From the NCBI RefSeq assembly GCF_004010195.1, contig NC_057711.1:76277817-76341816 (forward strand): a DNA stretch of 64,000 nucleotides, written 5' to 3'. Below are positions 53,433-64,000 of the stretch, piece by piece. Source of the stretch: Chiloscyllium plagiosum. Lineage: Eukaryota. The translations under genes were made by a program, and so were the position numbers. Each line of letters begins with the position of its first letter. Within the stretch, counting starts at the first letter, position 1. The notes under the pieces are model-generated. The model searched no databases and was not told the DNA's origin. It saw only the letters and a list, made by a program, of their open reading frames with translations.

Positions 53433-54995
53433 CCAGGTTATAGTCCAATTGGTTTATTTGGAAGCACTAGCTTTTGGAGCATTGCTCCTTCATCAGGTGG
53501 TTATGGAGTATAACATTGGCTGAACTGTTACTTCTGCTTTGGGTGGAACTGTTGAAAAGACGGCTTCTTCCTGATTATTAACGGCAGAAAACATGACTGT
53601 CTCACCAAGTGATTTTTCATATATTCAGAATCGTTTCCAAATGAAGGGTGGTGTTAATGTTGATTCCTGTAGCCTGTGTTGAGATTTAACACCTTTGCAA
53701 TTCACCCAGTTTGGTTTGGAAGTGGTGACCATAACACAGTTGAGGGTCTGTGGCATCCTGAATCAACGGACATTGTGATTCAATCTCTCCTTTTTTGTCA
53801 CATGAAACCCAGAGACAAATGGCCTAGGGATTCCATAGTCCTTTTGTTCGCCCATCCTTTTAAAAAGGGATGTGTGAATTCCCAGCATGGTTGTAAATGC
53901 CCATATTTAATTGGATATTCGCCATCTCTCACGCAAGGGGCAAAGTCAGAAAATAGGACCTTAATGGTGAACTCGAGCAGTATGGGAATAGAATCTGCAC
54001 AGTTGGAGTCATTCTGCATTGCAAGTCCCATTGTTAGTGCTAACCCTAACCGAAATTCATCCCGCCAAATTACCTAATTGATCCCCATAGTAGGTCAGTG
54101 AAGTGCACTCTCTAATTTTATTCTGTTGGCAAACTGACTTAACATTCTCAGTATAGCAATATTTAGTAACTCAATTGATAACCTGCCATAAAACTTTAGG
54201 CTGTGTCTTATTGAGAAGGCAAAGAAGTGCAGTGCAGAATGTTGCTTCCATTTTTGAATATGGCTTCATTCATGTCAACATTTTAGTTTCATCTGTGATA
54301 GAATCGGTTTCACCTAATATGTTTGTACATATCCATCCTTGAATACCTGTAGTTTCAAGATCATCATTTCTGGGTAGAGTTTAAATTCGCTTTTCCGATC
54401 TGTCATGAGTGTTTTGGAAAGAGTTTTGTATTTCCGATCACTATCTTTAACTGAAGGATCATAATCTAAATTTTCCTTACTTCAGTTGAAATTCTTATTT
54501 TTTTTTCCTTTTTCACTTATACTTTCTTTAATTCCTCAGCCAGCAAACACAAGCAATGCAAAAGTCTTGGCCAATAGTGAGTTCTCTTGGGTTAAGGTCT
54601 CTTTGGATTTGCATTTGAAATATTAAATCTTCCATACCCTATATTCACCCCCAAAGGAAGTATTGGACTCCATTCATGCTTCATAGAATGGTTTGGGGTG
54701 CAGTTTTGAACTAATGGTGAGAAAATACAGAATGGCTTAATAGAAAGCAAGAGGTAACCTTCTTTGGAAAGTATTTATGAGGCAAGGAAAACAATTTTTT
54801 TTCTATGAATAAAAGTTTTTTTATATGTACACAGTATTTTGCATTATTTAAAATACAGAATAATTTGAATAGCAGTATTCCTATCCAACTTTTCTTCCTT
54901 TGAAAGCTTTTCCTTTACTTGCTATCATTTGTTGAGGTACTGCAGGTGCATATGATTATGCTAAGGCCATCTTTAATTTGTTGAAATTCCATTAG

Positions 54996-55168
54996 GTGTT
55001 CGCATGCTGGATGGTGATGTGACAGATATGGTGGAAGCAAAGTCTCTCAGTTTGAGCCCTCAGCACATTGACATCTACAGTGCCAGCTGGGGACCAGATG
55101 ATGATGGAAAAACTGTGGATGGCCCAGCATCCCTTGCAATACGGGCCTTTGAGAATGGCATCCGACAA
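54996..55168 (+). CDS. PCSK5: PCSK5-like internal coding exon (173 bp)
   Basis: Acceptor AG at 54994-54995 and donor GTAAGG at 55169. Translates to (G)[73 protein letters not shown] fits PCSK5 better than PCSK6 ([16 protein letters not shown]) or furin. Confidence 0.95.
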
Positions 55169-56599
55169 GTAAGGCTGCTGAACTTTTATGCGGAATTATT
55201 TGGCTGCTTTTCTGGCTTGCAACATCACTTTTTAAAAACAAAATCTACTCTCATCCTCCCCATTTCTTGGAGCTTTGTGGCTATGTGGTAAAGCCTGGCG
55301 TTAGGCCAGTGCTTTGATGGAGATTAATGATCAGATATTGTATGATTGAGCTGCTGGGATGTGCTCAGCATCATGTCCCTTTATGTTTTATTACCCAGTT
55401 TCATCATTTTTGCTTTTTTTAACTGGCTTTTGAGCTAGATCAGTTTGCAAGAGGCACAGACTTGTTCTCACAGCTGGGAGACTGGACAGCTCTGGAACTT
55501 TCCCTTTTTTTTAAAATTCAGGTTTGCTTGTGCTTGTCACTTTTTAAAAACAAAACTGTGAGGTGCGTGATTGGTCCATAAAGCCTTGAAAACTGTTCAA
55601 ATAGAGCTGACAATTTAATCCTTTTTCAAGAGCACTAACACAATGAACAGTGGGAGTTTTGAATGAATTGAAGCTTAGCGATGTGTGTTCACACCCAAGA
55701 TTTCTCGACACAGTGAATATCCATTCTTAGCTGGATATGTGAGATGGGGGGAGTATAGTGGAGGTGGAGGTGGTGGTGCAAAACAAGACTTCCAGCAAAC
55801 TTTCCCATGGGAATGGTGAGCCATTGTTCAATCCAAACTTGCTTTTCTAAACCTCCTGAAGTTGAATATAGAATCAGACAGTAATTTTAAAAAATATTTT
55901 AGTGAATCATCAATTGGGCACTTTGAGTTTACTTAAATTTAATCATTGACAAATTGTTTTGTATAGTCAGGGAGAGTAGCATAGTGGTAATGTTGTCGGG
56001 CTAGTAATCCAGATGCCTGAATTAATATTCCAAAAATGATAAGTGAGATCCACCATGGCAGCTGGTGAAATGTAAATGTAACTAATGAATAAAAGCCCAC
56101 TGTCAGGTTCTGGTGATCATGAAACAAGATTTCCCATTTACAAAGTAATGCTGACTATCAGTTCTTGCCACTCAGAATACATGTAAATCTGTCCCTTCAA
56201 GTCCCCTGCAACAACTTACCAACCACTGACACAAGGCCACAAGGCTCTCCACTCTATAGTTCCTGGTTTTTCCTTCGAGTTGCTTTTAAATAATGCCCCC
56301 CCCCCCCACCCCACGCCCATTATCTACCTTCCAGTCTTCCGGCACCTCACCTGTGGCTGCCGATAACACACATCTCAGCAAGGGGCCTAGCAATCTCTTC
56401 TCTACCTTTCCACAAAGTTCTTGGAAACATCTGATCAAATCCTGGGGATTTATCTACCTTTGTGACCTCCAGCACCTCCTGTTCTGTGATATGAACTCTT
56501 TCTTTTTAAGATATCACTTTTTTTCAACAAGTTCCCTCGTTTCCACGTTCTTCTCGACAGAAAATACAGACACAAACTATTTGTTTGTTTAATATTGCA

Positions 56600-56945
56600 C
56601 CCAGAGTGTCTGAGGCTGGAGGGTGACCATAGAGCTTTATAAAATCATGAGGGCGATGGGTAGGGTGAATAGCCAAGGTAATTTCCCTCAGGGTGAGGCC
56701 AATCCAAACCTACAGAAGATGAGAAGGAACAGATTTTGAAAAGACCTGAGGGGCAACTTTTTCATGCAGACTGTGGTGCACGTGTGGAATGAGCTGCCAG
56801 GCAAAGTGGTGGAGGTGTATATAATTTCAAAAGCATCTGAATGGGCATATGAAGGGTTTCAGAGGAACATGGCAAAATGCTGGCAAATCTGGTGGGTACA
56901 GACGATTGGACCAAAGGGTCTATTTCCTTGCTATATGATTCTGAC
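56600..56945 (+). mobile_element. CR1 3' end fragment
   Basis: VHVWNELPGKVVE followed by the CR1 3' UTR. Confidence 0.8.
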
Positions 56946-57039
56946 CTCAATCAGAAATCAAGGATGCTTTAAGTTAGTTCTGAATTTTATTCAAGGCATA
57001 TCAATGTTGGTGTTTAAAGATGTGTTAATGATGTGAGTC

Positions 57040-57332
57040 TTTGCATTAAACAGAGTGCTCAAATGCCCACTCAGGTAGATGCAAATATGTAACAATATTA
57101 ATTTGAAGAATAAGGGAGTTCTCCTTGTACTTGCTAATATGTATCCTTCTAATGACTTGGTCATTAGTATGTGACAATTTGTATTGACGTTGTTCTTGTT
57201 GCCCTGTACAGATTGCCTGTTCTTTTTTCCTGTATTACAATGATTATTACACACTGAAAAAGCATTTCATCAACTGTGAAGTGCTTTGAGACATCTTGAG
57301 GTTGTGAAAAGCACGAAGTGGATGCAAGTTTT
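57040..57332 (+). mobile_element. DeuSINE (SacSINE1/AmnSINE1-like) remnant
   Basis: Colinear resemblance to the Deu domain (ttaaacagag...ctcaggtagatg...tttgaagaa..gggagttctcc) and its tail (tgtgaagtgctttgagacatcttgaggttgtgaaaagc...atgcaagt). Recognised from memory of the consensus. Confidence 0.65.
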
Positions 57333-58764
57333 GTTAATTAAGAAATTTCAAGATTTTATATAAAACAAACTTTCATGCTTCCATTGTTTCTTTATATTGA
57401 GCCACCTTATTTCCTTATTTTAATTTTTAAGATATGAATTAAACATTTTGAAATTCTCAAGAGGCAAATTAACCTGTGACTAATGACAGACTTCCATTTG
57501 CTAATCTTATGGAGTTCCTGTACAGCTGGCTAAAAGGTCTGTTGTATTTAAAACCAAATCTCAACTTTGAAAATAAGGTAAATGGAAGCATGTGTGAGAT
57601 ACCTGCAGTTGTGCAGCTGTGTATGAATGTTGCCTTCTGTCAGTCCTTCATGTTATACATAGACTTGATATGGAGTGGATCAAAGTCCCAATCAAAACTT
57701 AACATTTAAACTGGCTTGACTGTTCTTTTGTTGAGTGATATTTAGCAGATGCAGCTATCCTGCAATGTGGATTTCTTCGTTCTAGAAAAACCAAAAGCAA
57801 ATTAATCTGCAATTGTTTGTAGGTCAAGTTGAAGAGAAAATTAAATTGATGATCAGGGCTTATGGAATGACATTGCTTATTGGTTGCTTTTGATAAGATA
57901 TTAGAAAAGAGGCCAATAGAACAAAAAGCATAATGTGGGTGGTTTATTTGTTCTTGCAAATACGTTTGTTAAATAAATACTAGGAATTAATCTTCAAATT
58001 AGGAAAAATGATACCTGACATTGAAGCTAATAATAACTCAGACAGGAGCTGTCTAAACAAAATGGAAGACTCTATCAGAAAAAAAATCTTGAAGACATGA
58101 TGGTTTCCACCTCAGGATTTTATGGGAAGCAGATGAGGAAAATGCAGATATAATGGTAACAATCTCCCAAAATAGTCTTGTCAGGAATTGTCTCTGTATT
58201 TAAAAATCTGCAACTATTACTTTATTTTTTAAAATGTTGAGATTGTCGATCAAAGAAATTATGGATTGCCGACCCAGCATACTTTAGGAAATTATTTAAT
58301 CTATAAGCATAATGCCAGGGCATTTACAGAAGTTTCATCTGACTGGAGAGAGCCACAAGGATTTGTAAAGTGCAAGTCTTGTCTAATGAAGCTAATTGAA
58401 TATATTGAGGAAGTAAGAATGTAGTAGATTGGAATGTCTACAAGTGTAGTTTTGTTTAGATTTCCAGAAAATCATGAATCTGGTTCTACATGAGACTATT
58501 AGCTAAGATTAAAGCTCATGGTATTCAAGACAAAACACTGACCTTATTGGACAGTAGAAGACAGAGAAGGAATAATGGATATGTCTTGATAGGAAGTAAT
58601 GAATAGTATCCCATTAGATCTCTGCTGGGACCTCCACTAATTATTATTACTAGTGTCTTGGGCAACAAAGGAGAGAACCATGCATACATGTTTACTAAAA
58701 ACAAAAAAAGTGGCATTGTAAGAAGTATAACTGCAAGCATAGAATTGCCAAGATAAATTGATAC

Positions 58765-59205
58765 ATATCAACATAAGTGGGCCATTCAGTCCGTCGAGCC
58801 TGTTTCACCATTTAATTCGGTTAATCATGACTGATCTCATCTCTGCCTCACCTCCACTTTACTGCCTGCTCTGCATAACTGTTCAACCCATTACTAATAA
58901 AATTGGTCTATCTGCTCTTTTAAATTTACTCAATGTCCTAGCATCCACCACACTCTGGAGTAGTGACTATCACAGATTCATGACCATTTGAGGGAAGTAA
59001 ATTTCTTCTCATTCTCCATTATAAATCTGCTATCCCTTATCCTAAAACTATGATCTCTCCTTCTAGATTGCCCCATGTGAGGAAACATCCTTTCAATGTC
59101 TACTTTGTCAGTACCCTTTAGCATCTCTATCTTCTGTCATTCTTCCAAGTTCCAGAGAGTATGGATCTAAACTGTTTAATCTCTCTTCATAAAACAGACT
59201 CCTCT
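58765..59205 (-). mobile_element. CR1 3' fragment
   Basis: Colinear with the young CR1 at 22612-23215. Confidence 0.8.
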
Positions 59206-59559
59206 CTGGAATCTGTGACCTGTAGCAAGGGAGTAAATCAGAGGGAAACCTCTGCTTGACCTCAACCTCGCCAATCTGCCTGTAACACCTGCATTTTTTT
59301 CATGATGGTATTTGTAGGTGTGATCGCTGCACAGTCCTTGTGGTAACAGTCCCGTCTTCACATCAAGGATATTTTCTTTGGTGTTGCGTGGCATTCCAAA
59401 GTGCTAAACGTGATAGTTTTGAACAAATGTAGCGATTCAAACCTGGGCATCCCTGAGGCAGTATGGGCTATTAGCAGCAGAATTGTACTCTACCTCTAAC
59501 CTCATTGGCTGGCATACCTTCCACACCACCATACTTCAAACTTTGAATTAACCCTGATT

Positions 59560-60680
59560 GATTTTATTTATTGTCACATGTACCAAAGTTTACTTTGTTT
59601 ACAAGGAGTACAGGCAGATCAAAATAAGCGAGTATGTATAGATCGAAAGGATTTATTCACAGGTATACCAGTTACATTGCACAGGGCAAGCACTAGGCAA
59701 GATCAGCATTATTTGAGGCTAGACAGTCCATTCATCTTTCTAATAATGGCTGGGAAGAAGCTGCTCCTGTACCTGCTGGTGCGTATGTTTGGGCTCCTGT
59801 ATCTTCTGCCTAATGGAAGAGGTTGCAGTAAATCATTACTGGGGTAGGATGGGTCTTTGATGTTGGCAGCCTTTCCGCGGCACCAAGTCATGTAAATGAA
59901 GTCAGCGGATGGAAGACTGTCTTCCATGATGAGAAAGTGAGGACTGCAGATGCTGGAGATCAGAGCTGAAAATGTGTTGCTGGAAAAGCGCAGCAGGTCA
60001 GGCAGCATCCAAGGAACAGGAGAATTGACGTTTCGGGCATAAGCCCTTCTTCAGGAATGGTCTTCCATGATGGTCTGGGCTATGCGCATCACCTGTAGTT
60101 TCTTACAGTCCTGTGCAGAACAGCTGCCATACCAGGCTGTTATGAACCTGGACAGTACGCTTGCAATGTTGAATCTGTAGAAGTTGATGAGAGTCCTTAT
60201 GGACAGGCCAAGCTTCCTGAGTCACCTGAGGAAGAAGAGATGTTGACATGCCGCCTTGACTGTCACACATGGGGAAATTCAAGATAAATTGTCGGTTATC
60301 TTCACTCCAAAGAATTTGATGCTCTTCACCCTCTCAACCTCTGTTCTGTTGAGGTAGATGAGGGCATGTTCTCTTTTCTTTCTGAAGCCAATGATCAGTT
60401 CTTTAGTTTTGCCAACATTAAGGAAGAGGTTGTTCTCATTGCACCATGTCACCAAGCCTTCAACGTCCCGTTTGTATTTTGACTCATTGTTTGTTATTCA
60501 TCCTACTACAGTGGTGTTGCCAGCGAACCTGTAGATGGAGTTCATTTGGAATTTGGCAACATAGTCATGGGTGTATAGGGAGTACAGTAGGGGGCTGAGA
60601 ACACATCCTTTTGGGGGACTTGAGTGTTATTGTGGAGGAAGTGCAGTTACCTACCTTCACTGATTGTGGTCTGGTTGCGA
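59560..60680 (-). mobile_element. Rex1/Babar-clade LINE, 5'-truncated
   Basis: The minus strand has GCVLSPLLYSLYTHDYVAKFQMNSIYRFAGNTTVVG, KTKELII, a KAxQHLFFLR motif and RTSRYRSSFFPAIIR. Confidence 0.8.
59932..60059 (-). mobile_element. 128-bp hammerhead-bearing element (family C) nested in Rex1
   Basis: 13-bp TSD gtcttccatgatg at 59919-59931 and 60060-60072. The minus strand begins cauuc-CUGAAGA-A-GGGC-uuau-GCCC-GAAA-CG-UC. Confidence 0.88.
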
Positions 60681-60839
60681 TTTGAAAAATGCAAGAGGGC
60701 ATGTAGGAGCAATAGCAGACATACTAAAACATGAGGTGGTAATCTGGTGAAGCTGGAACACTATTATTTGTATGCCGAACATGAAAAGCTGTATATGATA
60801 AATAGAGCTAAGCAATCCCACAACAAGTAGATGAGATCA

Positions 60840-62290
60840 AGGTCTGCAGTTTTGCGAGGTTCAGCTATGAATGGAGGTGGACATTTTAAATCACTAACTT
60901 GGAGGAGGAGGTGGCCCTGCTAATATCAGTTATCCTCAAATGATGGGGTAGCCCTGCACTTCAGTGCAAAAGGTAAGGCAAAAGCATTTGCAACAATCTT
61001 CAGCAAGAATTACTGAATAATTGAGCCATCTTGGCCTCTTGTTGAGGTCCACAGCATTAGACATGGATGTTTCAGTCAATTTGATTCGCTCCACATTTCA
61101 TCAAGAAAATGTTCTTCAGGGTAGTGACATAGGTTCAACCTCCTTCAGTTGCTTCATCAATAACCTTGCCTCCTTCATAAGGTCAGAAGTGGGGATGTTC
61201 ACTAATGATTACATAGTATTCGATAACATTCACAATGCCTCAAACACTGAAGCAGTTGTGTTACAAAGCAGCAAGAGCTGGTTAACATCCAGACTTGAGC
61301 CAATAAGTGACAAATAATACCTGTGTCAGGCAATGACCCACTTCTAATAGCAGAACATCTGGCCCTCTCTCCTTAACTTTTAATGGCAGTACAAACGCTG
61401 AACCTCCCCACTACCAACATCCTGGTGATTACCATTGACCAGAAAAGGAATGTGACCAATTGTGTAAATATTGTGGCAGCAAGGGCAGGTCAAAGGCTAG
61501 GAATCCTTCAGTGAGTAACTCACCACCTGACTCCTAAAACCCTGTCCACCATCTATAAGGCACTAGTCAGAGGTCAAATGATCATTGAATCCCTACAGTG
61601 TGAAAGCAGGCCATGTGGCCCGTTGATTTCACACCGACACTCCGAAGAGCATCCCACCCAGGCCCACCCTCATACCCTATCCCTGTAAACCTGCATTTCC
61701 CATGGCTAATCCACTGAGCCTGCACATCTTTGGATTGTGGGAGGAAACTGGAGCACCCGAAGAAAATCCACACAGACACTGGGAGAACATGCAAACTCTG
61801 CGCAGATAGTCGCATGGGGCTGGAATCAAACCTGGGTCTCTGGTGCTGTGAGGCAGCAGTGCGAACCACTGAATCATCATACCCCCTGATATAATCTATG
61901 ATAAAAGCAGCCTGCTTGATTGGCAGCCCATCCACCATCTTAACCATCACTCCCTATGCTACTGATACACAGTGGCAGGAGTATGTACGACCTATAGGAT
62001 GCACTATAACAATTCACCATGACCTCTGTGATAGCACCTTCCATACTAGCAAATTTTGCTGGTCAAGAGCAGCCAATGCACAGGAGAACTTACAAATTCA
62101 ACACTTACCAAACTGACGCAGAGATATGTTCCTTCATTTTCACTAGTTCAAAATCTTTGAACTGCCTTCTTGACAGCAATGTGGGTGAACTGCAGTGGTC
62201 ATGAAGGTATCTCACCACCAACCTCTCAAGGGAATGAGAGATGGTTGAAAAAAACTGGTCCAGCAACAATGCCCACATTCCACAAAATAA
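60840..62290 (+). mobile_element. Old non-LTR LINE (same family as 14320-15210) with a nested SINE
   Basis: Contains VLQGSDIGSTSFSCFINNL...MFTND and ends in the tail ccagcaacaatgcccacattcca. Confidence 0.75.
61583..61880 (-). mobile_element. HE1/V-SINE-like SINE
   Basis: Reverse complement of the head, central domain and tail. Confidence 0.88.
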
Positions 62291-64000
62291 TACATTTTTA
62301 AAAATACATCTCACGTATTCATTAATTACCAAGAGGGAAACTTTTAGTTCATGGTTTGTTGTCAAAAATAGCTCAATGACACTTACATGGATAATCATCT
62401 TCTCCCTTCTGTTGACAATATTTACTAAAACTGTCACTTGTGTTACCATATACAAGATATGACCAGGAGTAGCAGAGTTGTTTTCACTTTGTGTCCAGTT
62501 TTTAAAAAGTTGTTCCTCTTGTCTTTGCTCAGTTCGCCTGCAATAACACTTTATTGTTGTTTCTATCAAGCTGATATGCAAAGGGAACATCGAACTGAAA
62601 TAACCTATCACCATAGCAATTAATTGTCCTTTGCACCTTGCAGAAACCATTTTCTGGTGCATGAAACTGGCAAGGTAAATCTGTCACTGAACATTGTCAG
62701 ACCATAAGGGCTGTGTATACTACCATGGAACAATATCTCAATGTTGACTCCTGAGATTAGGCATGTTAAATGTTCAATGTAGAGTTAACCAAAAACAGGT
62801 GTAGAAATGCCTTTAAACTATTGCAATTCTTGTAGTGACGCCTTCTAAAACTGCAGCTTGCTAACTGATGAATTATTGCAAATGATTTGTTGATAAGATT
62901 TTCTAACTGTAGTTCTGTATCATTATTATTGTCTCTTATATTATACTCCACTTCACTTCAGTATCCCCACTGCATCTGCAAACTAATGCTTGTTTTGCAA
63001 CAGATGGTTATGTTCTCCCTTGCAGAAGCTCATTGACTAGGGGCATAAAATGAAAACTTTGGCCTTCTACCCAAATTAAATGCCTTGCTTTCAATTCTTT
63101 TGCATACGTAGGTGGGAAATCTTGAAAGAAGTAGTTAACATTTCCCAAATTTTTGAATCGATATTTTTGAAGATGTTTTGGATATGAGTTTGTGATGGCT
63201 TCTAACATGTGATGTTGCTCTCTGCTGAGAGGAATTTCATTTCCCTGAAGGTTTTTAAGCTCTTGACAGTAGCTTTTAAAAGTCTTTCAGTGAAGAATTT
63301 ACACTTAACATGTGCTGCAAAGGAGCTTGTGATTCTCAAAATCATCTCATCTATTTATTGGTTCTATTGTTCTTCTGGCTAACTAACATTGCCACTTGTC
63401 ACAAGATGATTTGTGCAAAGAATCACAAAATGACTATAGCATATAAGGAGATGATTCAACCTGTTGAGTCGGTACTAACTCTCTGCAAGAGTAGTTCCTA
63501 GTAACTAGTGCCACTCCTCCATCCTTTCCCTGTGGACATCAAGATTTCTTTTGTTCATTGATAATCAATTTTACTTTTGAAAACCACCATAGATTCTATC
63601 TTTGCCACCAGCGAAAATATGTGAGCTGGCAAATGTGCAGATATTCTTTAATCAACCTGTGATGACCCAGCCTTGGAGCAGGTGGGACTTGAATCTGGGT
63701 TTTCTGGCCCAGAGCTAAAGTCACTACCATTGTGTCACAAGAGCACAATGAGCTGGTGGTAGTGTCCCTGCCTGGGGCTTTATTGAGTTCAGTTGGCTGT
63801 CTGCATCATTGGCAAGGACCAACAGGTGGATCAGCTAATCATCCTTCTAGAGGGAATATTCTGCTATTTTTCTGAAACCCCAGACTCTGTAGTCAATCCA
63901 GCATTTGGGCTAGCATGTTGGTTAATGCTAAGACCAAGACGTTGATCACTGTCACCAATTTAAAGGTCTGCTGCCATCATTCTCTTTTATTATTTCTTTT

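Larger units (their letters stand above)
52919..53514 (-). mobile_element. Family B Penelope terminal fragment hosting a nested family A insertion
   Basis: TSD attggctga at 52910-52918 and 53515-53523. Matches 13764-13891. Its hammerhead at 53465-53499 has GAAA mutated to AAAA. Confidence 0.8.
35550..54995 (+). other. Intron of the PCSK5-like gene (19,446 bp, GT-AG, phase 1)
   Basis: The joined codon G|GT gives Gly, so the junction reads AKIGGVRMLDG. Confidence 0.9.

Noticed and set aside
55169..55291. C-terminal extension of ORF 55004-55291
   Set aside because: Convertase similarity ends at the GTAAGG donor (55169); the rest is intron read-through.
1..64000. CRISPR arrays, prokaryotic operons, rRNA or intact tRNA genes
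   Set aside because: None seen. The sequence is eukaryotic intron, and the tRNA-like segments are SINE heads or a pseudogene.

Overview
This is AT-rich, repeat-dense vertebrate genomic DNA. The repeat content (HE1/V-SINE-type tRNA-derived SINEs, abundant CR1 LINEs, a DeuSINE remnant) points to an elasmobranch (shark or ray); this is inferred. The whole window lies inside one + strand gene, a PCSK5-like proprotein convertase. Three consecutive catalytic-domain exons (77, 89 and 173 bp; 5743-5819, 35461-35549, 54996-55168) splice in frame across introns of about 29.6 kb and 19.4 kb. The introns are filled with CR1, L2-like, RTE, Rex1 and Penelope-like retroelements, SINEs, a TA-targeting MITE and a decayed tRNA-Arg(ACG). 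The most interesting content is at least three Penelope-associated repeat families carrying minimal type I hammerhead ribozyme motifs, about 10 recognisable copies, several with intact cores. Four insertions are fold-back (inverted-arm) structures bounded by a single target-site duplication (TSD), and their junctions show template-switch signatures. Repeat boundaries without a TSD are approximate and family names come from motif recognition only.
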